64,000 nt of DNA from Salibacteraceae bacterium. GTDB taxonomy: Bacteria; Bacteroidota; Bacteroidia; Flavobacteriales_G; Salibacteraceae. Location: assembly GCA_049606935.1 (NCBI GenBank), contig JBMYWA010000001.1:31904-95903 (forward strand), written 5' to 3'. Below, piece after piece: positions 40,468-49,690 of the stretch (positions are counted from its first letter, which is position 1; every line of letters begins with the position of its first letter). Under the pieces are notes generated by a model, which saw only the letters and a program-made list of their open reading frames with translations, ran no database searches and was not told the origin of the DNA. Both the position numbers and the translations under genes were made by a program.

Positions 40468-42231
40468 ATGCAATCAATAAGAAACATCGCAATTATTGCC
40501 CACGTAGATCACGGTAAAACTACACTTATGGATAAAATTATCCATGAATGTGAGGCCATGGGAGATCACAAAGAAACAGGAGATTTAATTCTTGATAATA
40601 ATGACCTGGAGCGTGAACGTGGAATTACCATCGTTTCCAAGAACGTATCGGTAAATTATAACGGTGTAAAAATCAATTTGATTGACACACCTGGTCACGC
40701 GGATTTTGGTGGTGAAGTTGAACGTGTTTTAAAAATGGCTGATGGTGTTTTACTTTTAGTAGATGCTTTTGAAGGAGCTATGCCTCAAACTCGATTTGTA
40801 TTGAGTAAAGCTTTAGAATTAGGATTAAAGCCAATCGTTGTTGTAAACAAAGTAGATAAAGAAAACTGTACTCCTGATGTTGTTCATGAGCAAGTGTTTG
40901 ATTTAATGTTTAACTTGGATGCTACAGAGGACCAGTTAGACTTTACTACTTTATACGGTTCATCAAAGATGGGTTGGATGAGTACTGATCATAACAACAA
41001 AACAGATAACATTCGCCCATTATTGGATGCAATAATTGATGTGATTCCAGAATCTCCGTACAGAGAGGGAACTCCACAAATGCAAATTACATCTCTTGAT
41101 TTTTCGTCATTTGTGGGTCGTATTGCTATTGGACGTGTCTTCCGTGGTGATTTAGAAGAAGGTAAAGATTACACTCTTTGCAAACGTGACGGAACAAAAA
41201 AGAAGGTTAGAATTAAAGAATTGCAAGAATTTGTTGGTTTAGGTAAAGCTAAAATTGGTAAAGTGCGTTCTGGAGATATTTGTGCTGTTGTGGGTATTGA
41301 TGGGTTTGAAATTGGCGACACCATTGCTGATTTGAATGAGCCAGAAGAAATGACTAGAATTTCAATTGATGAGCCAACAATGAGTATGTTGTTTACTATT
41401 AACAACTCTCCATTTTTTGGTAAAGAAGGAAAATTTGTTACTTCTAGACACTTAAGAGATCGTTTGTATAAAGAAATTGAAAAAAACCTTGCTCTAAGAG
41501 TAGTGGATACGGATACAGAAGATAAATTCAACGTTTTTGGACGTGGTGTTCTTCATTTATCTGTTCTTATTGAAACTATGCGAAGAGAGGGTTACGAGCT
41601 GCAAGTTGGAAAACCTCAGGTAATTATAAAAGAGATTGACGGTGTAAAATGTGAGCCATATGAAATTATGGTTATTGATGTGCCAGAAGAATCTGCAAGT
41701 AAAGCCATTAATTTGGTTACTCAGCGTAAGGGTGATTTAATGATTATGGAACCTAAAGGTGATTTACAACACTTAGAATTCTACATTCCGTCAAGAGGAA
41801 TTATTGGGTTAAGAAACCAAATGCTAACCGCAACTTCGGGGCAAGCTATTATGACGCACCGTTTTAAAGAATTTGCTCCTTATAAAGGTGAAATTAGCAC
41901 AAGTAACAAAGGAGCTATTATTTCTATGGAACAAGGACCTGCTACCGCTTTTGCGTTGAACAAACTACAAGATAGAGGTATTTTCTTTGTTGAGCCTGGA
42001 GATGTAATTTATAAAGGTCAGGTTGTTGGTGAGCACTCTAGAGAAAATGATTTAGAGATTAATTTGGTTAAAGGAAAGCAGTTAACAAATATGCGTAAAT
42101 CAGGTTCTGATGATGCTGTGAAAATTGCTCCTAAAACAAACTTCTCATTAGAAGAGTCAATGGAATATATAAAAGATGATGAGTATCTTGAAATTACTCC
42201 GGTAAGTTTAAGGATGAGAAAAATCTCATAA
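40468..42231 (+). CDS. typA: Translational GTPase TypA/BipA
   Basis: AHVDHGKTT, ERERGITI, DTPGHADFGGEVER, NKVD, K.LTNMR.SG.D. Confidence 0.98.
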   Translation: MQSIRNIAIIAHVDHGKTTLMDKIIHECEAMGDHKETGDLILDNNDLERERGITIVSKNVSVNYNGVKINLIDTPGHADFGGEVERVLKMADGVLLLVDAFEGAMPQTRFVLSKALELGLKPIVVVNKVDKENCTPDVVHEQVFDLMFNLDATEDQLDFTTLYGSSKMGWMSTDHNNKTDNIRPLLDAIIDVIPESPYREGTPQMQITSLDFSSFVGRIAIGRVFRGDLEEGKDYTLCKRDGTKKKVRIKELQEFVGLGKAKIGKVRSGDICAVVGIDGFEIGDTIADLNEPEEMTRISIDEPTMSMLFTINNSPFFGKEGKFVTSRHLRDRLYKEIEKNLALRVVDTDTEDKFNVFGRGVLHLSVLIETMRREGYELQVGKPQVIIKEIDGVKCEPYEIMVIDVPEESASKAINLVTQRKGDLMIMEPKGDLQHLEFYIPSRGIIGLRNQMLTATSGQAIMTHRFKEFAPYKGEISTSNKGAIISMEQGPATAFALNKLQDRGIFFVEPGDVIYKGQVVGEHSRENDLEINLVKGKQLTNMRKSGSDDAVKIAPKTNFSLEESMEYIKDDEYLEITPVSLRMRKIS

Positions 42232-42250
42232 ATTCATACTTCAAAAACAT

Positions 42251-42291
42251 AAAAAAGCCGATGAGAATTTTCTCATCGGCTTTTTTTTTTG
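42251..42291. terminator. Bidirectional terminator
   Basis: AAAAAAGCCGATGAGAA-t-TTCTCATCGGCTTTTTT inverted repeat. Confidence 0.85.
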
Positions 42292-42300
42292 TGATAAAAT

Positions 42301-43113
42301 TTAATTTCTAGAATACACATGTAATCTCTTAGAAGTTGGAGAATGATCATAAATAAGGTATAACTGCCCTAACCCTTGGTCACAGGCTATGAACATTTTT
42401 GCATTTTTATTCTGCATTTCTTCCCAACCAGAGAATTCAAATGGTTTTACTTTTTGAGAGGTGTGTAATAATTTTTGACACCCCAAAGTGGTAAATATCA
42501 TAGGAGGAACAAAAGAACCTAAAGTATTTCTTTCATAACCAGAACAAACATATTCTCCTTCTGAAACTCGTAAGCTTAGATCTTTTCCAAAGTGTAATGA
42601 ATTGTCTTTTACACAATTATTTGTAGAGGTCCAAATAGAATGCCATTCAGCTGTTCCAGTATTAGGTTTAGTGTATTCTCTTAACATATTGGATAAATTC
42701 CAATCTGTATTTGCAAGGAGACGCATGTTATTTTGCTCCGCAATTTGAATAGTACGACCGTCTAAAGGGATAGTGATTTTGGGATAAATTCCTCTTTCAA
42801 TATCTCTAATATTCCAATTACTGGTATCATACTTTTCTACAAAAATGTAATAATCTCCAGGTTCAAAAACCTTTCGGCTTTCAAACTCGCCTATCATATC
42901 AGATGACATAGAGGATATTACGTTATGACCGGTAAGCCAATCTTCGGGATTCTTAAATATTTGGATAGTAGCATCGTTAATTGGAGAATTATCGGTGTCT
43001 AAAACAGTTCCTTTAATTTCATATAATTCTTTTTTATTGCAGGAAGAGAAAAACAGGAAGGAGCTTAAAGCTACCAGTCCCAAAATTCTGGGGAACCACG
43101 TATTTATTTTCAT
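42301..43113 (-). CDS. Hypothetical lipoprotein, paralog A (transthyretin/carboxypeptidase-regulatory-like + lipocalin-like)
   Basis: Lipobox SSC; clear full-length paralog of 43278-44093 (EDWLTGHN, YYIFxEKYDTSNW, GIYPK, REYTKP, SIWT..NNC, VYSRN). Confidence 0.75.
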   Translation of the reverse strand: MKINTWFPRILGLVALSSFLFFSSCNKKELYEIKGTVLDTDNSPINDATIQIFKNPEDWLTGHNVISSMSSDMIGEFESRKVFEPGDYYIFVEKYDTSNWNIRDIERGIYPKITIPLDGRTIQIAEQNNMRLLANTDWNLSNMLREYTKPNTGTAEWHSIWTSTNNCVKDNSLHFGKDLSLRVSEGEYVCSGYERNTLGSFVPPMIFTTLGCQKLLHTSQKVKPFEFSGWEEMQNKNAKMFIACDQGLGQLYLIYDHSPTSKRLHVYSRN

Positions 43114-43277
43114 AGTAGTGTGTTTAGTTTCACAATACTATGCAGCTGGATAGGAAAATAAATTAGATATTAGGGCAAGTGGTTTTGTTATTTAGTCAAC
43201 CAACCAGGTGGTTTAAATTACTTGAATATTGTTTTAAATATTCATTCATAAAAACAAGAAAGTAAATTGAAAAAGCA

Positions 43278-44093
43278 TTAATTACGAGAATAAACCTCTA
43301 ACACTTCAAGTCCATCAGTTCCTGTATAGTGAATATAAATTTGACCAACAGAACGATTACAAGCCATATACATTTTTGCATCACGGGCTTCCATGATTGG
43401 CCAGCCAGAATATTCAAATTCTTTCACTGACTGTGAAGTATGAGGAAGGTTTATACAGCTTTGTTCACTAAAAATAATAGGAGGAATAAATGTTCCTATT
43501 GTATTTCGATCGTTATTGTTACAAATAAAAATACCCTCAGAAAATCGAAAAGAAAGATCTTTGTTAAATATTAATTCGTTATCACGCATGCAATTATTTA
43601 CCCCAGTCCAAATGGATTGCCATTCAACTGCGGTAGCTCCAGGTTTTGTGTACTCTCTATGAATGTTAGTTAGCTTCCAATTGGTACTGGCCATTAAAGA
43701 CATGTTATTGAAATCAATGGTATGTGTTAATCCTTCATCCTCAGGTATAGTTTTTTTGGGATAAATTCCTTGTTCTACTTTTCTAATTTCCCAATTGGAA
43801 GTGTCGTATTTTTCTATAAAAATGTAATATTCTCCAGATTCGTAAATTTTTTCACTCTCAAAGTAGCCATAGGTATCAGTGCTAAGATTTGCCACTATAT
43901 TATGACCTGTTAACCAATCTTCAGCAGAATTGAAAATTTGAACTGAAGCACCTACTACCTTTTGGTTTTTAGCATTAACTACTGTGCCCTTAAAAGCAAC
44001 AAGTTCTGTTTTTTTAGAACAAGAAGAAAGAGATGCCACCATTAACAGAGACATGGTAATTAAATAATAGGTATGAAAGCGTGCAATTTTCAT
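43278..44093 (-). CDS. Hypothetical lipoprotein, paralog B
   Basis: Lipobox SSC; same blocks and four conserved Cys as paralog A. Confidence 0.75.
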   Translation of the reverse strand: MKIARFHTYYLITMSLLMVASLSSCSKKTELVAFKGTVVNAKNQKVVGASVQIFNSAEDWLTGHNIVANLSTDTYGYFESEKIYESGEYYIFIEKYDTSNWEIRKVEQGIYPKKTIPEDEGLTHTIDFNNMSLMASTNWKLTNIHREYTKPGATAVEWQSIWTGVNNCMRDNELIFNKDLSFRFSEGIFICNNNDRNTIGTFIPPIIFSEQSCINLPHTSQSVKEFEYSGWPIMEARDAKMYMACNRSVGQIYIHYTGTDGLEVLEVYSRN

Positions 44094-44319
44094 GGTACAA
44101 TATTAATTGTCATGAGGGTGAAAATAAAGTATTTCGTCACTCATTTTTAAATATTACACCTTAAATTTTAATTATTTGGTCAAAATCAAATGATCTCAAA
44201 AGGATTTGGGATTTGCGTTGGGTTAATTACAAGTGAACAATTGAAAAATTTTGATTTATTAAGTTTAGTTAATGAAGGATTCCTTAAATCCTATTAAAGA
44301 ATTTAATTATTCTTGTTGG

Positions 44320-44345
44320 GCAACTAATTTTTCAATAATTGCATC
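44320..44345 (+). promoter_or_regulatory. Candidate autoregulatory ECF promoter
   Basis: GCAAC-N16-GCATC (AAC in the -35 box) about 25 bp before the likely ATG at 44371. Confidence 0.45.
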
Positions 44346-44370
44346 AACACTAAAGAATCTTGAAAGGAGA

Positions 44371-44910
44371 ATGACCGAAGATGAAATTATAAAGGCATGT
44401 CTAAATAATAATGCACGGGCCCAAAAAACTTTATTCGAAAGGTATTCTCCTCGATTAATGGGTGTTTGTTTAAGATATGCACAAGATCGGGATGAAGCAA
44501 ATGATATGCTTCAAGATGGGTTCATTAAGATTTTTCAAAAAATGAGCTCTTATAGCGGAAAAGGGGCTTTTGGAGGATGGATGCATAGAACGATGACGAA
44601 TACTTGTTTAGATGCTATACGGAAAAACAAGAAATTTAGGTTTAGTGTTGACATTACTGAGGCTGAAGATAAAGTGAATGTTACCGAAAGTGCCCTTTCG
44701 GAAATAAGAACCAAAGAGCTATTGGAGTTAATACAAAAGCTGCCTGATGGTTACAGAGTAGTTTTCAATTTGTTTGCGATTGAAGGTTATGGACATAAGG
44801 AAATTGCAGAGAAATTAGAAATTACTGAAAATACATCCAAATCTCAGTACAGAAAAGCGAGGTTGTGGTTGCAGAAAGAGCTAGTGAAGCTGGATAAAAT
44901 ATTAGAGTAA
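44371..44910 (+). CDS. ECF-type RNA polymerase sigma-70 factor
   Basis: Region 2 (AQK.LF..Y...L..VC.RY, D.LQDGFIKIF, F.GW), region 4 (LP.GYR.VF.L...EG..H.EIA..L.I...TSKSQ). Start moved to MTEDEII. Confidence 0.95.
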   Translation: MTEDEIIKACLNNNARAQKTLFERYSPRLMGVCLRYAQDRDEANDMLQDGFIKIFQKMSSYSGKGAFGGWMHRTMTNTCLDAIRKNKKFRFSVDITEAEDKVNVTESALSEIRTKELLELIQKLPDGYRVVFNLFAIEGYGHKEIAEKLEITENTSKSQYRKARLWLQKELVKLDKILE

Positions 44911-44911
44911 A

Positions 44912-46024
44912 GTGAAAGAACAAGATAAAATAAAAGAGATCTTTAAAGAACGTTTTGAATCGTTCGAGGCTCCGGTTGATTCTACGATTTGGTCTGGAAT
45001 TGAATCTCAAATTGGGATACAAGGAGCAAGTACCTGGATAAGTGGTGTTTCAAACACCTTGGTTTCTGTGGCTGCCACAGCCATTGTTGTGGTAGGAATT
45101 AGTCTGTATAGTTTTGTTGACCAAAATGAGGTGTCTAATCCTAAAGTTTTAACGAGTAACCCGAGTGAAAAAGTTTTAAATAATCAAAAAGAAACCAAAA
45201 AAGTACCTTCTTCACCTACGGAGAAAAATACTTCAGAAAATATTATTGAGACAAAAAGCCCTCAGGATATTGAAAACAATCTGAGAACTCAGAAATATGC
45301 CCCTTCAGATAAAACTCTTCCAAATGATGATCTTGAATTGGCAGAAAAAAATGCCGAGGAAAAAGAATTAGTAATTACCACAAAAGTTAACGAACCAAGT
45401 ATGGATCAAAGTGGTGAAATTAATATAGCGGAGTCAAATGTTATTTCTAACGCCCCACAAGAAATTGTTGTAGAAGAGCAATCTAAAGTTTTGGCAACCC
45501 CATCTGGTGGAGTGGCTCCTTTAGCAGTGAATTTTAGTGCGATTTCAGATGTTTCGGAGGTTAGGTGGAAATTTGATGATGGAACGGAAAGCACTGAATT
45601 GAACCCAACACACGAATTTGAAGAACCTGGAATATATTTTGTTACAATGCTAGCAAAGCTTTCGGATGGTTCTGCGGTAATGGATAAGGCAGTTATTGAA
45701 GTCAAGAAAGCTCCCTCTGAAACGGCTGCAAAAGTGGATGAGTCTTCCATTTTCGTACCTAACGTATTTACTCCTAATGGTGATGGTGAAAATGATTATC
45801 TCAAAGTAGTGACTAAAGAAATTCACTCATATTCTATTTCTATTTATTCGGTTAATGGAAAGTTAGTGTACCAAAATGATAACCCAGAACAAAATTGGGA
45901 TGGAAGAGATTTATCAGGTAATAGAGTGGAAGACGGAACGTATTATTACTTGATTAATGCTTTAGGCAATGATCAAAGGGTATATACTCCTAAGGGCTAC
46001 TTAACCATTAGAGGAGTAAATTAA
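44912..46024 (+). CDS. Putative anti-sigma factor: cytoplasmic N-domain + TM + disordered linker + PKD + T9SS type-B (gliding-motility-associated) CTD
   Basis: Starts 1 bp after the sigma stop; FE.PV...W..IE..I N-terminus; TM at about aa 50-68; PKD (W.FDDG......P.H.F..PG.Y.V.); CTD (IFVPNVFTPNGDG.ND, WDG, DGTYYY, GY.TI.R). Confidence 0.75.
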   Translation: MKEQDKIKEIFKERFESFEAPVDSTIWSGIESQIGIQGASTWISGVSNTLVSVAATAIVVVGISLYSFVDQNEVSNPKVLTSNPSEKVLNNQKETKKVPSSPTEKNTSENIIETKSPQDIENNLRTQKYAPSDKTLPNDDLELAEKNAEEKELVITTKVNEPSMDQSGEINIAESNVISNAPQEIVVEEQSKVLATPSGGVAPLAVNFSAISDVSEVRWKFDDGTESTELNPTHEFEEPGIYFVTMLAKLSDGSAVMDKAVIEVKKAPSETAAKVDESSIFVPNVFTPNGDGENDYLKVVTKEIHSYSISIYSVNGKLVYQNDNPEQNWDGRDLSGNRVEDGTYYYLINALGNDQRVYTPKGYLTIRGVN

Positions 46025-46070
46025 AATGAAAGAATACTCGGTGAGAAAAGCGTAATTTATTACGTTGGGT

Positions 46071-46108
46071 AAAAAAAAGGCCAGAAAGATTTTCTTTCTG
46101 GCCTTTTC
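46071..46108. terminator. Bidirectional terminator
   Basis: AAAAGGCCAGAAAGA/TCTTTCTGGCCTTTT inverted repeat. Confidence 0.8.
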
Positions 46109-46124
46109 TTTTGAATTTGGTTTC

Positions 46125-48194
46125 TTACAACTTGAAAATAGAATCAGATACTTTACCTCCGATTTGTGCTTTTACCACTTTTAAATCCATTACTTGACCA
46201 GCATTATCCTCAATAATAGAAGATGGATACATTATTCCGCTTTCTGATTTCATGTAATCCGTATATGTGGATGTAGTTACCATTGGCCCCTGAGGAGTAT
46301 CTTGTGTTTTGATTGTAGACACTTTTAATCCAGTTTTAACATCAAAAAAACTGCTCATTACAGATCCATCTTTTCCAGTAATATCCATTTTGTAAACCTC
46401 TACGCCATTAATTTCTTCAATGTGAATAAGTTTAGTGTTTTCGGCTGACCAGTTTAACTCCTCAAAAATTGTAGCTTCTGCCAAATAGGTAGAAACTTCT
46501 TCGTCTGTTAAATCTTTAGCTCCCATCATTCCTGAGGCTTTTCCTTTGGTTCCATTAATTACCACAGATTGAAGATTCATTTCGCCACTCTTAATGGTCA
46601 TTAACATTTTGTCAGAACCTTTTACGGCCATTCTAATTTCTAAAGGCATTCCCTGCATTGAACTAGACATTAACATGTCTTGAGATGTGATGCTAGCCAT
46701 TAATTCTCTTCCTCCCATAGCGGTTAAATAGTTTTCAATAACCGACATAGAAGTAACTCCTTCTGGTATTGGAGAAACATCTGCAACTGGGTTTCCAAAA
46801 GCATCGAAATAATTAATTTTACCATCAGCACTAAATTTCTTTAAATCATCCGCTACTTCATCTTTATTTCCCACAATAACAATATGAGCATTGGATGGAA
46901 GTAAATATTTCTTCGCCACAGCTAAAACATCCTCAGAAGTTACTGCTTGTAACCTTTCTAGATAAGTTGCATAATAATCGGCAGGTAAATTATAACGAGC
47001 GGTATTTAGTGCAAAACGAGCTACAGTTTGAGGTCTTTCTAAAGACCTTGCAAATCTACCGTTCAAATAATTCTTTACATTTTGTAACTCTTCATTACCT
47101 ACAGCTTCGTTGGTTAGTTTCTCCATTTCATAGAAAAATTCGGCTACCGCACTATCGGTAACTTCATTTCTAACCTCGGCTCCAGCATAAAAATCACCAA
47201 CCAAAGCGTCTGTAGATAAACGAGAATAGGCTCCGTAAGTGTAGGCTTTATCCTCTCTAATGTTTTGAATTAAACGTGCCATAAAACCAGAGTTTCCTAG
47301 AATAGCATTCATTACACTAGCGGCAATCGCATCATCACTGCCTGGCTTTAAATCTACGGGATAAACAATACTAATGGTGGATTGAACAGCCCCTGGTTTA
47401 TTTACAAAATCAACTTGATTCGCTTTAGGTGCAACCGGCATTGAATAAGTATGAGTTGGAACTTCACCTTTAGTCCAAGATCCAAAATTAGCTTCTACTA
47501 ATGGTAGTGCTTCTTTCTTATTAATATCACCCACAATAATTAGGTAAGATACATTAGGCTTGAAGTATGTATTATAAAACGATTTACACATTTCTGAATT
47601 AATGGTCTCTACCGTTTCACTAGTTTCTATTTCTCCATAAGGATGGTCTTTACCAAAAGTTACAACCGCGCTTACATTGCTAGACATTGCCCCTGGATCT
47701 GAAGCATTAGCCATTAAACCAGAAAGCGTTTGCTTTTTCATTTTAGCTAGTTCATCTTCCGGAAAGGTTGGATTTAAAATTACATCACTTAATAATCCTA
47801 AAGTAGCTTCTTTGTGTTTTGATAAAGAAGATGCATATCCGCCAAAAGAAGAAGTAGATAAGCTTGCACCAATAAAATCTACAGATTCATCAATTTGAGC
47901 TTTGGTTCTAGTTGAAGTGCCGGTCATTAAGGCGCTTCCCATTAAAGATTGCATACCCGCATGTTCGCCATCAATAACTTGGTCTCTATTAATAAACAAC
48001 TGCCAAGAAACACGAGGGGTTTTATGGTTTTCAACTAAAAAAACTTGCAATCCGTTTTCTAAGGTAAAAGTTTCGTAATCTCCTAATTGAATTTTTGGAG
48101 CGGGGCCCGCAGCTGGAGCCTTTGTTCTATCCACTTGTGCTAGTGTAACAGTAGTTACGGCAAGTGAGAACATAAATAATAAAATCTTTTTCAT
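46125..48194 (-). CDS. M16 peptidase, non-catalytic subunit with C-terminal extra domain
   Basis: M16 fold without HxxEH; R/Y substrate motif IREDKAYTYG; about 210-aa C-terminal domain (VIENY..AMGG...). Start MKKILL. Confidence 0.85.
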   Translation of the reverse strand: MKKILLFMFSLAVTTVTLAQVDRTKAPAAGPAPKIQLGDYETFTLENGLQVFLVENHKTPRVSWQLFINRDQVIDGEHAGMQSLMGSALMTGTSTRTKAQIDESVDFIGASLSTSSFGGYASSLSKHKEATLGLLSDVILNPTFPEDELAKMKKQTLSGLMANASDPGAMSSNVSAVVTFGKDHPYGEIETSETVETINSEMCKSFYNTYFKPNVSYLIIVGDINKKEALPLVEANFGSWTKGEVPTHTYSMPVAPKANQVDFVNKPGAVQSTISIVYPVDLKPGSDDAIAASVMNAILGNSGFMARLIQNIREDKAYTYGAYSRLSTDALVGDFYAGAEVRNEVTDSAVAEFFYEMEKLTNEAVGNEELQNVKNYLNGRFARSLERPQTVARFALNTARYNLPADYYATYLERLQAVTSEDVLAVAKKYLLPSNAHIVIVGNKDEVADDLKKFSADGKINYFDAFGNPVADVSPIPEGVTSMSVIENYLTAMGGRELMASITSQDMLMSSSMQGMPLEIRMAVKGSDKMLMTIKSGEMNLQSVVINGTKGKASGMMGAKDLTDEEVSTYLAEATIFEELNWSAENTKLIHIEEINGVEVYKMDITGKDGSVMSSFFDVKTGLKVSTIKTQDTPQGPMVTTSTYTDYMKSESGIMYPSSIIEDNAGQVMDLKVVKAQIGGKVSDSIFKL

Positions 48195-48224
48195 TTTAAA
48201 TAATTTTTTCAATTCTACTTTGAA

Positions 48225-49535
48225 CTATTGCTTTGGTAAGTAATAAAGAACAACGCTATTATTTGTTGTTAAATATTTTTTAGCCACAGTCATAATGTCT
48301 TCTCTAGTAACGGCTCTATACTTTTTGATTTCTGTATTAATCAATTTTGTATTTCCGTAATACATATAGTACTGGGCTAGATTTTCAGCAATTCCTGCTT
48401 GAGAAGAGTATCCACTTACAATATCGTTTTCAATTTGATTTTGAAGTTTTTGAAATTCTTGTTCTGTGATTAACTCATTTTGAAGTTTAGATACTTCATC
48501 CATAATTGAACTTTCTACTTCATCTGGTTGAACACCTTGATTAGCAATTGAGAGAGCAATAAAAATTCCTGGATCTTCAAGTGGGAAAGGGAATGCGCCC
48601 ACGTAAACTGCTTTTTGCTCGTCTTCAACAATTCTTTTGTTTAATCTTGAGCTAGAGCCTTGTGATAAAATCATACTCAGCATATCCATCGCGTAAGCAT
48701 CATCTGTACCTTGAGCAGGAGAGTGGAAGGCCATCATTACTCCCGGCAATTGAATATTGTCAAATACAGTATCTCTAACTTGAGCAGTTTTAGCTGGCTC
48801 CACAATGTTCGGACGTTCAATTTCTGCCCCTTTTGGAATATCGGAAAAATAAGCAGCAATTAATTTCTTGGTTTCTTTGATATTTAAATCACCGGCAATA
48901 GAAAGGCATGCATTATTAGGCACATAAAACTTTTTGTAAAAGTTTACGTAATCTGCCTCTTCTGCAGCATCTAGGTGCTCCATTGAACCAATAGGTGTCC
49001 ATCTATATGGATGAACCGTATAAGCTCTTTTCATAATTTCAGCTTGAAAAGATCCATAGGGTTGGTTGTCTACTCTTTGTCTTTTTTCTTCCTTTACTAC
49101 TTCTCTTTGTGTAGCAATTCCAGTGGAATCTACTTTGGCATGCATCATTCGTTCAGACTCTAACCAAATTCCCAATTCCAATTGATTAGAAGGTAATAGG
49201 TCGTAATAAAATGTACGATCTTGAGAGGTGTTTGCATTTAAAGCACCACCAGCCTTTTCTACATAATTTGAATATTCTCCTCTTGGAATGTTTTCAGAAC
49301 CTTCAAACATTAAATGCTCAAAAAAATGTGCAAATCCTGTTCTTGAAGGATCTTCATTTTTAGAGCCTACATGATACATTACAGATACTGCAACAATAGG
49401 AGTGGAGTGATCTTCATGCAGAATTACGTGCAATCCATTTGGTAAATCATACTCCACGTACTTGATTTTTTGTTGGGCATGAGAAATGCTCATTCCACCC
49501 ATTATTAGGGTCAACCCAAGAAGTAATTTTTTCAT
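48225..49535 (-). CDS. M16 (pitrilysin/insulinase-like) zinc peptidase, catalytic subunit
   Basis: GFAHFFEHLMF (HxxEH), NA.T..DRT.Y, VV.EE; signal peptide from MKKLLLG at 49535. Confidence 0.93.
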   Translation of the reverse strand: MKKLLLGLTLIMGGMSISHAQQKIKYVEYDLPNGLHVILHEDHSTPIVAVSVMYHVGSKNEDPSRTGFAHFFEHLMFEGSENIPRGEYSNYVEKAGGALNANTSQDRTFYYDLLPSNQLELGIWLESERMMHAKVDSTGIATQREVVKEEKRQRVDNQPYGSFQAEIMKRAYTVHPYRWTPIGSMEHLDAAEEADYVNFYKKFYVPNNACLSIAGDLNIKETKKLIAAYFSDIPKGAEIERPNIVEPAKTAQVRDTVFDNIQLPGVMMAFHSPAQGTDDAYAMDMLSMILSQGSSSRLNKRIVEDEQKAVYVGAFPFPLEDPGIFIALSIANQGVQPDEVESSIMDEVSKLQNELITEQEFQKLQNQIENDIVSGYSSQAGIAENLAQYYMYYGNTKLINTEIKKYRAVTREDIMTVAKKYLTTNNSVVLYYLPKQ

Positions 49536-49648
49536 TATTACGTTGTTTAAATTTTGCCCCAAATGTAAGCTAATTTAACAGTTCATTTAAAGTTAATACA
49601 CGAATGGTGAGTGTTTATTATGTAAAAAGGTTAACATTTATAAAGGGT

Positions 49649-49680
49649 AAAAAAAAAGCCAGCTTTTTTAGCTGGCTCTT
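49649..49680 (-). terminator. Intrinsic terminator after the E1 gene
   Basis: AGCCAGCT/AGCTGGCT stem with a T run on the minus strand. Confidence 0.75.
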
Positions 49681-49690
49681 GAATTAGTTT

